A stretch of 64,000 nt of DNA from a virus (lineage: Duplodnaviria; Caudoviricetes), in the IMG/VR virus record IMGVR_UViG_3300032312_001958. One strand, 5' to 3'. The notes below the pieces were generated by a model, which was given only the letters and a program-made list of their open reading frames with translations, ran no database searches and had not been told where the DNA came from. This document shows, piece by piece, positions 10,016 through 19,799 of this stretch; position 1 is the stretch's first letter; the number at the start of each line of letters is the position of its first letter. The position numbers were made by a program, and so were the translations under genes.

Positions 10016-11244
10016 ATTTTTTCTGATATTTTTTTTGATTGTATTACATTATCTTCTATTGAACAATAGGTCCATGAACCATACCTACCTATTGAATAAA
10101 TTCCGTTTGGATTCCACTCGTTTGACCACTTTTCATATTTTTCATTTGAGTATTTGTTAATATGTACATATGCGGGATTTAAAACCAACATTTTATGTTC
10201 TAAAACATTGTGTCCATTAATCAACCCTACTTTGTTTAAATCGGATAAAACTGACTCAAATAATATTTCTTCATTAACTTCCTCATGTGAGGGTAAGCCA
10301 ATTTCAACATATATACTCATCTTATCTGTTGACATGATATTGTCGTAAAATCCAACTCTGTAAAAAATTTCATCTCCCGGATAATAAATCCAGTGACTAT
10401 TAACCACTGACGGTTTATCAAACCCTATGTTAAAAACAACAACTTTGTTATGGTTAAAGTTTTCTGTACTTTCTCCATTAATTTCTAACAATTTTTTAAA
10501 TGGTATTGTAGATACCAATTTATCAAAGGTGTACGAGTTATTATTTGTTTTTAAAATTTTATTTTTTAAATCTATACGATTTACTCTTTCATTAATTTTA
10601 ATTTTATCTTCAGGAATATCTTTAAGAATTGATTTAATAAATTCAAACGCCCCTTCTTTTGGGTAGATAAAATTATCGTTATAAGATTTAAATGATTTAC
10701 CACCTAATCCACTCATAAATTCATTAAAATTTATGTTTGGAAAAAATCTTTTCATACAATCATAATCCAATAAATCTAAATTACATGAATATAATTTTTC
10801 ATTATATGGGATTATAAATTTGTTTGAAATTGATTCTCCTAAGTTACTATAGACATAATCTTTAAAGTTATTCACTTCTTTACTTTTTTCACAAAAAAAT
10901 AAATCCTTTAAACAATCTATAAATTCTTTTTTCTCTAATTGATGTATGTTGTATTGAAACGGGAAATCAATGTAACTATTATTATAAAAAATTTTAGATA
11001 TTTTTTTAACACTTAAAATTTCACATTCAATATTTGAAGTTAATTTGTCTTTTATTTCTTCATTATTAAAGTGAAAAAAATGACCTGAGTAATCCCAAAC
11101 AAAGTTCTCAGTTTTTATTGTTCTACAGTAACCCCCAACCTCTTCTTCTGATTCTAAAACTAAATAATCTCTGTCTTTTAAATATGATGCTAAAGATAAT
11201 CCTGAAATACCTCCACCAATTATTATAATTTCTTTATGTGTCAT
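10012..11244 (-). CDS. FAD-dependent oxidoreductase (protoporphyrinogen oxidase / UDP-galactopyranose mutase-like)
   Basis: IIGGGISGLS, GGYCRT, DYSGHFFH, PYNEKLY, GRYGSWTY. Confidence 0.85.
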   Translation of the reverse strand: MTHKEIIIIGGGISGLSLASYLKDRDYLVLESEEEVGGYCRTIKTENFVWDYSGHFFHFNNEEIKDKLTSNIECEILSVKKISKIFYNNSYIDFPFQYNIHQLEKKEFIDCLKDLFFCEKSKEVNNFKDYVYSNLGESISNKFIIPYNEKLYSCNLDLLDYDCMKRFFPNINFNEFMSGLGGKSFKSYNDNFIYPKEGAFEFIKSILKDIPEDKIKINERVNRIDLKNKILKTNNNSYTFDKLVSTIPFKKLLEINGESTENFNHNKVVVFNIGFDKPSVVNSHWIYYPGDEIFYRVGFYDNIMSTDKMSIYVEIGLPSHEEVNEEILFESVLSDLNKVGLINGHNVLEHKMLVLNPAYVHINKYSNEKYEKWSNEWNPNGIYSIGRYGSWTYCSIEDNVIQSKKISEKI

Positions 11245-11245
11245 T

Positions 11246-12019
11246 TTATATTATAATCCAATTTTTATTATAAATGTCTTCAATATCTTTTGGACCTGAT
11301 GGACCAAACCAAAAACTAGGAGCAATAATTAATCCATTATTTTGATTGAGGTAAGACCCCCACCAACTAAAACTACTATTAGATATTATATTATTATCAC
11401 TTTGTACCATTAAATTTAAATCAAAAATTTCAGAATTAAACTCAGAAAAAAATATATTGTCTCCTTTAAATTTTTTTTTACACCATTCAATATCATCTGA
11501 AATTATAACAAAGATTGAATCCTCAATTTTATTCATTGAGACATTATAGTACCCTAAAGGACAAGAAATATGATAGTTAGGATTGTTTAAATAATCTCCT
11601 CGTCTAACGTGAACAGATGTTATTTTTTTATTATTTCTAATACTATTCAAAAATGAGGTAACTTGGTTTTTGACATCTTCATCAAAATAAAATAGATTTT
11701 TAATATCATCTTTATATTCTTCAAAATATTTTTCACTTTGGAAATATCCGTCTAAATATATATTATTTTTGATTGGTAATTTTGTATAACTAAATTTTGG
11801 TTCAAGGTACCCTTCTAATTCTGAAAAATTAATTTTTTTGTTAGGTATTTTTTTAAAAAAATTATCTTTATACCTATTTGACTCAAATCCTTGAGCTGGA
11901 GTATAACAGTCCTCAAAGTCAAAAAAACAATCAGTATTTACATCTTTACTTAACGCAAAAGTTGCGGCGATTTGAAACATTTGGTTACCTAATCCACCCT
12001 TTAATTTACAACTTATCAT
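11246..12019 (-). CDS. Alpha-1,2-fucosyltransferase (GT11)
   Basis: GGLGNQMFQ, GYFQSEKYF, VHVRRGDY, SNSSFSWWG. Confidence 0.92.
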   Translation of the reverse strand: MISCKLKGGLGNQMFQIAATFALSKDVNTDCFFDFEDCYTPAQGFESNRYKDNFFKKIPNKKINFSELEGYLEPKFSYTKLPIKNNIYLDGYFQSEKYFEEYKDDIKNLFYFDEDVKNQVTSFLNSIRNNKKITSVHVRRGDYLNNPNYHISCPLGYYNVSMNKIEDSIFVIISDDIEWCKKKFKGDNIFFSEFNSEIFDLNLMVQSDNNIISNSSFSWWGSYLNQNNGLIIAPSFWFGPSGPKDIEDIYNKNWIII

Positions 12020-12719
12020 ATTTAGTCTTACTTCTAATTTTTAGGGCAATATCATTAACTAATGATAAATCTATTTTATGGTCATTTAAAGGATTTGTGT
12101 CATTATATATGTAATTTATCTCAGGCATAAAATGGTAATGTTCTTCCCCTGACATTTCAAGCATCGGAAACATAAATGATAAATCTCCAGTTACTTTCCA
12201 ATAATTTCCATTCTCATCTTTTAAATCTTCTTGTTTTATTTTTCTCCATAAAAACGCTCTCCAAGTTCTCATATGAGTCGCGGTAAATCTTGAGTTTCTT
12301 AAATCATTAAAATTCTCTTGTCTTTGTGAAAAACCGTTAACTCCATTCGGATATTTAAATGACCCGTTTGCAATCCAAACATTTTCATTTTTATATACAT
12401 TATTAACTCGCTCAAACACTTTAGAATCGGGTAACCAATCATCACCATCAACCTCTATTACTATTTCATTATCTCCAATATTTGTATAATTTCTTAAAAC
12501 ATTATCGTAATTACCAGGTTGATATAACTTTGTTTTATTTTCAATCAGAATAAATCTATCATCATTTTTTATTATTTCTTTTATAATATTAACTGAATTA
12601 TCCGTAGATAAATCATCAGTAATATAACATTTAAAATCTTTGAAAGATTGTGACATTATACTAAATAGAGATTTTTGAATATAGTTCTCACAATTGTATA
12701 CAGTTGTTAATATAACCAT
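12006..12719 (-). CDS. Glycosyltransferase family 2
   Basis: YNCENYI, DDLSTDNS, VDGDDWL. Confidence 0.88.
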   Translation of the reverse strand: MVILTTVYNCENYIQKSLFSIMSQSFKDFKCYITDDLSTDNSVNIIKEIIKNDDRFILIENKTKLYQPGNYDNVLRNYTNIGDNEIVIEVDGDDWLPDSKVFERVNNVYKNENVWIANGSFKYPNGVNGFSQRQENFNDLRNSRFTATHMRTWRAFLWRKIKQEDLKDENGNYWKVTGDLSFMFPMLEMSGEEHYHFMPEINYIYNDTNPLNDHKIDLSLVNDIALKIRSKTKYDKL

Positions 12720-12721
12720 AA

Positions 12722-13468
12722 TTAAAAAACTTTAACTCGTTTATTTAAATAGGATTTGTAATCCTCAATATGTTCATTTTCACTCATTAACACATAAAGG
12801 GTTAATCCATTTTTTTTATTAAAATCACTTAGTCTTTCGGCCCTTAATTTTTGTTTGTATAGATGTAAATTAATACCTAAAAATTTATAATGTAACATTT
12901 TTAAATCTTCTCCATTATATATTTTTACTTCACCAATTGGGTTACAGGTATGGGCTCCAAAAGAATAATTTATTTCTTTTATTTTATTACAGTCAAACAT
13001 CATCATTTTATCTAACACAGAAGTTCTGACCCCATATTTAATTTTTTCTAAAAAGTTATCTTCTGAATTTGGACTATACTCTAAATCTGCGACCATATGA
13101 AAACCATTTGGTTTAAACAGAGTAAATCCTTCGTTTTTAGATTTTATTAAAAAATCATTCATATTTGGATGGTATAGGAACTCATCAGAGTCCCCAATAA
13201 TTACGTAATCTGCAACACCAACACTATTTTTCCAAACTTGATTTTTAACTAAAACATGTATTCCATCATTAAATTGATTATTAGTTTCAAAGTTAACGAC
13301 TTCGACATTATTAAATGATTTGGCAACTAAAATGCTATTGTCTGTCGAACCATTATCAACAATTGTTATTTTTTCACAAAATGTTGAGTAGTATTTTATT
13401 AAATGAGGTAAAATTTCCTCTTCATTAAAACATAAAAAAAATGCGTGTACTATAGGTTTTTTATTCAT
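12722..13468 (-). CDS. Glycosyltransferase family 2 (Glyco_tranf_2_4-like)
   Basis: FNEEEIL, VDNGSTDNS, GDSDEFL, GAH, LHYK. Confidence 0.85.
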   Translation of the reverse strand: MNKKPIVHAFFLCFNEEEILPHLIKYYSTFCEKITIVDNGSTDNSILVAKSFNNVEVVNFETNNQFNDGIHVLVKNQVWKNSVGVADYVIIGDSDEFLYHPNMNDFLIKSKNEGFTLFKPNGFHMVADLEYSPNSEDNFLEKIKYGVRTSVLDKMMMFDCNKIKEINYSFGAHTCNPIGEVKIYNGEDLKMLHYKFLGINLHLYKQKLRAERLSDFNKKNGLTLYVLMSENEHIEDYKSYLNKRVKVF

Positions 13469-15461
13469 TATTCATTAATTTAATCCATTTATCTAAAATT
13501 TCTTTGTTTGTTAGAGTTACATCAGGATTATTAGTTACTTCATTTCCGTAAAATTTAACACCTGTTAACTCACATTCATCTTTAACTAAAGTTGCAACTT
13601 CACTGTTAGATGACAAGTATGCTCTACCTATCATATCATATATTTCTTGTTTATTTTCTAAAAATCCTTTTAAAACTACTTTATCACTTAATAATGGTCT
13701 AACTTTATTTTCAAAATATTCGGTATTAGGTTCCCCAAAAAGATAAACTTTTTGACACCCATCAGATAACGCCCTTTCAATTGAAACGTGAGTTTGTTTA
13801 TTTTCATCAAATGAGCCAATAACTCCAGCAATTAATTCTAATCCTTTTTTATCTTTTTTAATTAATTTTTGCTTTAAATTAGGGATTATTGAGTATTCTC
13901 CATTATATAAGTTATGGTATTCTCTATGACTATCATTCAAAAATACCACTTCGTCCCAAAATTGGGTAATTTTTCCAACTTCAAATAAATCCTTTTCGTG
14001 ACAAGAAAGTATTACTTTTCTTACATTAGGTCTTGACGGTAAATTTATAAAATGTGTAATTAATATGTCACTTGTGTCAAGTTTTAAATTATCTAATTTA
14101 TCTGATTTACATTTATTTAAGTGCCAATCATGGGGACCATAAAATGTTACATCGTAACCTAATTTATTTAATTCGTTTGTTAGATTAATAAAAGCAACTG
14201 TAGAACCACCTCGATTAGACCACCCACTTACAATTTTTATTTTTTTTATTTTTGGTCTTGGTACGTTAATCGATAACTCTGGAATTTCTATTTTTTCAAT
14301 ATCAATTGAGTAGTATTTAGATAGACTATCTTTTATCATCTCATCAAATACTACATATTTAATGACACTTGGGTCAATGACAGGAGTTTCTAAAATTTCT
14401 TGAAAATCAGTTATTACAGGTATTAATTCAGTATTTTGATAAAGTCTACTAATATGATTGTATACTTCTTTTTTATTAAAAATAATTAAGTCAAAACTAA
14501 CATCTTTAATTTTATATAATGTATTTGGTTTTGAAACTTCTTTAACATTTCCTGAATTAAAAATCCATTTCCCGTCCCCAATTCTTAAACCTGGAGGTTC
14601 ATTAATTGAGGTAAAATTAATCTTATTTCTTAAAGTTTCCTCTATGGTTTCTGGTTTAATATTTGAAGAAACTGTTATGTTATAATTGTCATTTAGTAAT
14701 TGATTAACAACTAAATAAAAATACTTTTCAAAATCTTTAGACTCAAAAGTGTCAAAACATATAATGGCCCTTAAAATTTCTCCTTTTCTTCTTACTTTTT
14801 GTAAAGTTACAGGTAAATTATCTTTATATTTTTCAGAAAATTGAATTCTGTTTTTTTCCCATTTGTCATTTGTCATTCCAATTGATTTGTGGTTAACCCT
14901 AATTAAAGTAGTTACACCATTTTTCACTCCCGATATAAAATTTTCAAAACAAAAAGACACGTCATAAAAATGAAACCCCTCAAATTCAATATCAAATTCT
15001 TTTTTAATTTTTGTTTTGTCAATACCAAAAAATAATCCATCAACAACTATAGTCTCTTCAATAACTTGATTTAAATCAGGTGAATATTCTGATAACCAAG
15101 TTTTACCTTCATGGGTATGTAAAACTTTACCATACATTTTTGACCTATCTTCCCACCACATACCACTTTGAGGAATGTGTTTAGTACCGGCAACTCCAAT
15201 AATACCAAATTCAGGGTTTCTTAAAAATAACTTAACTAATTTTTGTCCCCATTGTTTTGTTTCAACTGTAATATCATCATGACAAAAAACGATAATATCA
15301 TTTTCTGATTCTTGTAAGATTTCGTTATAAACAGTTGTTAAACCCTTTTCACCATTATTAACCTTTTCAATAATTTGAGCCTTAGGAAACCCACAAGATT
15401 TTTTAAGATATTCTTGAAATTCAGGGTCACTTTTTCTTGTACTATATCCAATTGTTATCAT
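13461..15461 (-). CDS. Multidomain glycosyltransferase (N-terminal GT-A Glyco_tranf_2_5-like; C-terminal GT-B-like)
   Basis: FCHDD, GIIGVAG, VVDGLF, FHFYDVSFC in the N-half; SGWSNRGGSTVAF and GSFDENK in the C-half. Confidence 0.75.
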   Translation of the reverse strand: MITIGYSTRKSDPEFQEYLKKSCGFPKAQIIEKVNNGEKGLTTVYNEILQESENDIIVFCHDDITVETKQWGQKLVKLFLRNPEFGIIGVAGTKHIPQSGMWWEDRSKMYGKVLHTHEGKTWLSEYSPDLNQVIEETIVVDGLFFGIDKTKIKKEFDIEFEGFHFYDVSFCFENFISGVKNGVTTLIRVNHKSIGMTNDKWEKNRIQFSEKYKDNLPVTLQKVRRKGEILRAIICFDTFESKDFEKYFYLVVNQLLNDNYNITVSSNIKPETIEETLRNKINFTSINEPPGLRIGDGKWIFNSGNVKEVSKPNTLYKIKDVSFDLIIFNKKEVYNHISRLYQNTELIPVITDFQEILETPVIDPSVIKYVVFDEMIKDSLSKYYSIDIEKIEIPELSINVPRPKIKKIKIVSGWSNRGGSTVAFINLTNELNKLGYDVTFYGPHDWHLNKCKSDKLDNLKLDTSDILITHFINLPSRPNVRKVILSCHEKDLFEVGKITQFWDEVVFLNDSHREYHNLYNGEYSIIPNLKQKLIKKDKKGLELIAGVIGSFDENKQTHVSIERALSDGCQKVYLFGEPNTEYFENKVRPLLSDKVVLKGFLENKQEIYDMIGRAYLSSNSEVATLVKDECELTGVKFYGNEVTNNPDVTLTNKEILDKWIKLMNNE

Positions 15462-16057
15462 ATCCCTGTACTCCCAAACCCGTTTTCTCCACGGTCTTTA
15501 TCATTTATTTTTTCAACCTTAACTAAATTAACATTTCTGCCGGGGTAACATTTTGACAAAACTGCCTGAGCAATTTTCATACCCTTATTTATTTTAAACT
15601 GTTCTTTATTTGTGTTAAAAATTATGACCTGAACTTCACCAGTATAACCCTCGTCAACAGTTCCAGGACTATTAAGTACCATTAGACCTTGTTTAAGTGC
15701 CAAGCCACTTTTAGACCTTACTTGAATCTCAAAACCTTCAGGAATTTCAAATCTAATTCCGGTAGGTACCAAAGACCTACCAAATCCTTCTATCAAAATA
15801 TCCTGAGTTGAATATAAATCAAATCCACTATCTGAAATGTAATTATAATTTAAATCTAAATTAGACTCAGAAGAATACGACAAATCAACTTTATTCATTG
15901 ATTCTGCCATATGATTTTCAAAATCTTTTAAGTCAATACCATAATCATCATAAATCTGTTTATATAAATTTATATCTGATTCTTTATCTAAAGAATCTTG
16001 AATTTTTTTCATTTCTTTATACAAATCAAAATCCTCGTCGTTAATATCTAAACTCAT
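15458..16057 (-). CDS. dut: Trimeric dUTPase with acidic N-terminal extension
   Basis: SGFDL, VRSKSGLALK, NSPGTVDEGYTGE, KIAQAV, RGENGFGSTG. Confidence 0.95.
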   Translation of the reverse strand: MSLDINDEDFDLYKEMKKIQDSLDKESDINLYKQIYDDYGIDLKDFENHMAESMNKVDLSYSSESNLDLNYNYISDSGFDLYSTQDILIEGFGRSLVPTGIRFEIPEGFEIQVRSKSGLALKQGLMVLNSPGTVDEGYTGEVQVIIFNTNKEQFKINKGMKIAQAVLSKCYPGRNVNLVKVEKINDKDRGENGFGSTGI

Positions 16058-16755
16058 TTTAAATTTTTAATTTTTTTAACAACATTTATTAATACCTCAA
16101 CGTCTTTTTCACAATAATCTTGTATTTCTTGGTATTTGTTTTCATTCCAAAAATAATAATGTACTTTATTTCCGGTCACTTCCATATTTTTAGAAGATTC
16201 GACCCCTAAAGAAATGCACATTAATTCTAAAGAACTAATTGCTCCAAATTGACCAAACTGCCAAATATCTTTAGTGTCAACCGCTTTAATTTCCCATGGC
16301 TTAGTATCGGGAGTTGGTAAAATTGATGATGGTAATATACCATTAATAATCATTCTTTTACCTAACACAGGAATATCAAAATTTTTGATGTTATGACCAC
16401 AAAGTACAAACCCTAATTTGTCAACACGATTTAATAGTGTGTTTACATCCTTCAATAGTTGAGTTTCATCTGAATTAAAAAAAGTTTGTTTTTTAATTGT
16501 GTCATCAGGTCCTACAAATCCTACTGAAACACAAATTATTTTACAAAATTCAGGTACTAAAGCAGCTCGGTTAACAAATATATCTTCTTTTGATTTATCT
16601 GAATCTTCAGTAAATCTTTTTTGAAACCAATCTAAATAATTATCAAATTGATAACAAAGAGACGGGTAGTCTCTTTTGAAAGTATCGTAATTACTTGAAA
16701 CCCCGACAGTCTCAATATCTATAAATAATAGTTTGTTTAATGGGTACTGTATCAT
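16054..16755 (-). CDS. 3'-5' exonuclease, PolB-exonuclease-related (DEDD)
   Basis: FIDIETV, GHNIKNFDIP, YCEKDV. Confidence 0.88.
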   Translation of the reverse strand: MIQYPLNKLLFIDIETVGVSSNYDTFKRDYPSLCYQFDNYLDWFQKRFTEDSDKSKEDIFVNRAALVPEFCKIICVSVGFVGPDDTIKKQTFFNSDETQLLKDVNTLLNRVDKLGFVLCGHNIKNFDIPVLGKRMIINGILPSSILPTPDTKPWEIKAVDTKDIWQFGQFGAISSLELMCISLGVESSKNMEVTGNKVHYYFWNENKYQEIQDYCEKDVEVLINVVKKIKNLK

Positions 16756-16758
16756 AAA

Positions 16759-17976
16759 TTATTTTAATAAACTGAAATAAAGTTCTTTTCTATCTTTTGT
16801 TACGTTATTTAAATCGTATGTTTTTGAAACTGTCTCGTATAATCTTTCACCTAAATCAACAATCATATTTGGATTATCGACTAATTTTTTGATGTGTTTT
16901 GACCAATCAGAATGGTTACGAGTCTCTTCAACCAATAAAGCATTACCGTCAACAAATTCACCATTTTTAAGAGCGTGTTTTAAATCAATTGTGTAAGGAC
17001 CAATATTAGATGCGATTAAAGCTTTCTTATAGAACCCTGCTTCAATAACCTTCAACTGTGACTTAACTCTATTAAAAATATGGTTTTTAATTGGCGCTAA
17101 AGATATATCAAATTTAGAATAATTCTTAGCATAAGATGTTGTTGGTAAGGTCCAAACTCTTCTATAACCCTCATTTAATTCGTTGAAGTAAGACTCATCT
17201 TTGAATTTCATAAGATGTGTTTTATACTCATCACCTACAGTCTTATAATTGTTTGTGAAAATTTCTTCATATTTCACCCAAACTGTTTCGTCAGGTCTAA
17301 TAGGTCTGACTTTTTTCTCACCTGTGTCTTTATTATACTCGGTCATACTACCACGTGTGTCAAATCCGCACAAGACATATTGAATTTTATCATTTAAACT
17401 ACCTAATTTACTTACCATTCCGTCTAAAAGATATAAGTCATGTAAGTGAGATGAACCTCCAAGCCACCCAACTCTGATTCTGTCCGATTCTAAAGTTTTT
17501 TCTTTAAACTGTGGTTCATTAGGGTCAATTGCGTTTGGTAATACTGAAACATTTTTATTTACTTTAGATACCTCAGATGCAAATACTGAAGTAGTTGTTG
17601 TTACATGTTTTGCAGCTCTTATCTGAGCAATAATTTTCTCATTTATTTTTTCTTGAAGAATAATAGTGTGTAGAGGATGTTCTTTTGTTGGTAACCAATA
17701 GTCGTCAATGTCACAAATAGTTACCACACCTTGTTTATTAAGTTTTTCAATCAACTCAACTGATTTTTCATAATCTTGACCAATTAGTCTATGAAAATGT
17801 ACTATATCGTACTTTTGCCAAAATTTATCATCATCGTAATTAATATCAAATTCTATATCTACATGAACTTCATTTGGATACAATTTTTGAAGACATACGT
17901 GAGGGTCAATCGACCTAAATTTACCTACACCACTTCTATCTGAAGGTAATACTAAAATATTAATTTTTTTACTCAT
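16759..17976 (-). CDS. GT-B glycosyltransferase
   Basis: DIDDYW, PNAID, GWLGGSSHLHDL, DISLAP, FNRVKSQLKVIEAG; start reassigned to ATG at 17976 (MSKKINIL). Confidence 0.8.
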   Translation of the reverse strand: MSKKINILVLPSDRSGVGKFRSIDPHVCLQKLYPNEVHVDIEFDINYDDDKFWQKYDIVHFHRLIGQDYEKSVELIEKLNKQGVVTICDIDDYWLPTKEHPLHTIILQEKINEKIIAQIRAAKHVTTTTSVFASEVSKVNKNVSVLPNAIDPNEPQFKEKTLESDRIRVGWLGGSSHLHDLYLLDGMVSKLGSLNDKIQYVLCGFDTRGSMTEYNKDTGEKKVRPIRPDETVWVKYEEIFTNNYKTVGDEYKTHLMKFKDESYFNELNEGYRRVWTLPTTSYAKNYSKFDISLAPIKNHIFNRVKSQLKVIEAGFYKKALIASNIGPYTIDLKHALKNGEFVDGNALLVEETRNHSDWSKHIKKLVDNPNMIVDLGERLYETVSKTYDLNNVTKDRKELYFSLLK

Positions 17977-17983
17977 AGAAACA

Positions 17984-18012
17984 ATTATAGTTATTAAACT
18001 ATAACATTTCAA
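17984..18012 (-). promoter_or_regulatory. Sigma70-like early/middle promoter of the long leftward operon
   Basis: TTGAAA-17 nt-TATAAT on minus strand, with 7 nt between the -10 box and the ATG at 17976. Confidence 0.65.
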
Positions 18013-18021
18013 CCCATAAGA

Positions 18022-18054
18022 AATAAAAAACCCTACCGAAGTAGGGTTATTTTT
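18022..18054 (-). terminator. Rho-independent terminator with C(UUCG)G tetraloop
   Basis: Minus strand AACCCTAC-TTCG-GTAGGGTT followed by TTTTATTT; T-run on the other side too. Confidence 0.9.
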
Positions 18055-18634
18055 ATTTTAGTTTTTTAATTTTGGTTATCTTACCTTCAAAAATGTGGTC
18101 ACCAACTTTTATTTGGACCGATTGTTGTGATTTTTGTTCACTTTCATGAATTATACCTTTTTCAGTTAGAACTTCAGTCACTACTTCTTTTAACATTTTT
18201 CTCAAATCTGAATTAATAGGTTGTTGTGGTACAGTTTGTTTCTTTTGGTTTACTGTTTCAACAATGGTTTCCTTACCCTGATTCATTAGTCTTGCTGCCT
18301 TTTCAATGATTTCATTAGATATTGTTGGAGTATTTTGTTGAGGTTGTTGTATAGGATGTTCAATCATTAATTGTTTTATTGCGTCAGGTAATTTAGAGTT
18401 TAAAATTTTATCTTTTGTGTTGGTAAATTGTTTGGTCTGAACAGGTTTGTTTTCAACCATCAAATCTTGAGGTATATTATATTTTGCTTGAGGTGCGCTA
18501 AACTCTTCGACACCTACTGGTGATTCCGAATAGTTTGATTCATTTATAGAGCTAACTTCTCCTCGTTTAATGTTATCACTCTTATCCATGATTTTTTTAG
18601 AAATCATGAGTTTTTGTATTAAATCTTCTGTCAT
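18053..18634 (-). CDS. Hypothetical protein (possible head-internal/scaffold-type)
   Basis: 193 aa, Q/E/K-rich, several (I/L/V)-x-E motifs. Confidence 0.7.
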   Translation of the reverse strand: MTEDLIQKLMISKKIMDKSDNIKRGEVSSINESNYSESPVGVEEFSAPQAKYNIPQDLMVENKPVQTKQFTNTKDKILNSKLPDAIKQLMIEHPIQQPQQNTPTISNEIIEKAARLMNQGKETIVETVNQKKQTVPQQPINSDLRKMLKEVVTEVLTEKGIIHESEQKSQQSVQIKVGDHIFEGKITKIKKLK

Positions 18635-18644
18635 AATTTTTATA

Positions 18645-19028
18645 TTAAGTAAACTTTGCTAAAATGTCAATTGATACCATTCTTTTATCTCCATTTGGAT
18701 TAAACCCAGGTCTAACCTCTGAGAATTCTTCTTCTGTTGGGCTTACACTTAAAATATCTTTAACTTTAAAATACCTCCAACCTGGCATAGGTCTTTTTCT
18801 TAAAAATCCTCTATGTGAGGCACCTTCTCTTTCCCAAGCGCATAATACTTGGTTACCTTTTTTATTGATTCCTAAACAAACAGGTTCAATCACTCTAATA
18901 CCTTTACCACCAGGTTCATCACCATTATAAGTAATATATATTACTTTACGTTGTGATACTGCGTCCCTTATATCACGTAAAGTAACAGTCTCTAATAATA
19001 GTGATTTAAATGATTCTAATAACTTCAT
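18645..19028 (-). CDS. Stand-alone WYL-domain protein
   Basis: IRDAVSQRKVIYITY...RVIEPVCLG...LCAW...WRYFKVKDILSV matches the WYL Sm-like fold pattern. Confidence 0.75.
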   Translation of the reverse strand: MKLLESFKSLLLETVTLRDIRDAVSQRKVIYITYNGDEPGGKGIRVIEPVCLGINKKGNQVLCAWEREGASHRGFLRKRPMPGWRYFKVKDILSVSPTEEEFSEVRPGFNPNGDKRMVSIDILAKFT

Positions 19029-19330
19029 TATACTGATGGGGTAGTGTAAGGAACTTGTGCTTTATAGTAATTAATTGCAATTTCTGAAGCTCTTTCTTGT
19101 ACATCTTTATTATTACCTGCGATAAAATCATACGCATTTAATAAACCGTCGGTTCCTGTACCTTTACCCTGAGCGTCTCCTGTCGCTAACGCGTCAGGAT
19201 GCGTTGAGCTATACGGATTTGTTTGGAAATAATCATTAGTCGGAATTAAAGCTCCTCTTTGTTGAACACCAACTTGACCTAATTGGTTTAATTGTTGTTG
19301 CTCGAAATTAATTGGAATGTAACTTGGCAT
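19028..19330 (-). CDS. Hypothetical protein
   Basis: 100 aa, G/Q/T-rich, stop/start overlap with neighbour. Confidence 0.7.
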   Translation of the reverse strand: MPSYIPINFEQQQLNQLGQVGVQQRGALIPTNDYFQTNPYSSTHPDALATGDAQGKGTGTDGLLNAYDFIAGNNKDVQERASEIAINYYKAQVPYTTPSV

Positions 19331-19334
19331 AATT

Positions 19335-19799
19335 TTAAATTATTATTTTTATTATTTCGTTTATTCTTTCGATATCTTCAAATATTGAAGATGCGTGTTT
19401 AAAACTTGTTTTTTTGTGACTCAAAGATGGTCTAACACCATTCAATGGGTTTTTAGTATGGGTTTTTATAAAAGAATTAGATAAACCTGAGTCCATTCTA
19501 TGTTTTTTAGAAGTTTTAAGTGATTGTCTATCTTGGTTTAATATCATATTAACCCAATTTTTCATTCTATCTCCACCCATTAATTCATATCTTTCTTTAC
19601 TTAAATTTCCACTTTCAAATTTGTTTTTATAATTTTTTAAAAGTTGATATGATATTTTTTTATTGTTTCTTAAATTTATATTTTTTTTATAACCTGAAGT
19701 ATTATAAAACCTAGTACTATGCTCATCAAACCCTTTTTGTAAAGATTCAATAACATCACTTGGGATATCGTACTCTTTATTATATAAATCTTTATTCAT
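19335..19799 (-). CDS. Hypothetical basic protein
   Basis: 154 aa; C-terminal IFEDIERINEII. Confidence 0.7.
   Translation of the reverse strand: MNKDLYNKEYDIPSDVIESLQKGFDEHSTRFYNTSGYKKNINLRNNKKISYQLLKNYKNKFESGNLSKERYELMGGDRMKNWVNMILNQDRQSLKTSKKHRMDSGLSNSFIKTHTKNPLNGVRPSLSHKKTSFKHASSIFEDIERINEIIKIII

Noticed and set aside
1063-17976. Bacterial O-antigen/capsule locus
   Set aside because: Interleaved with phage-type genes (PhoH, dUTPase, sigma-like) and contiguous with tail genes; no Wzx/Wzy/ABC exporter visible
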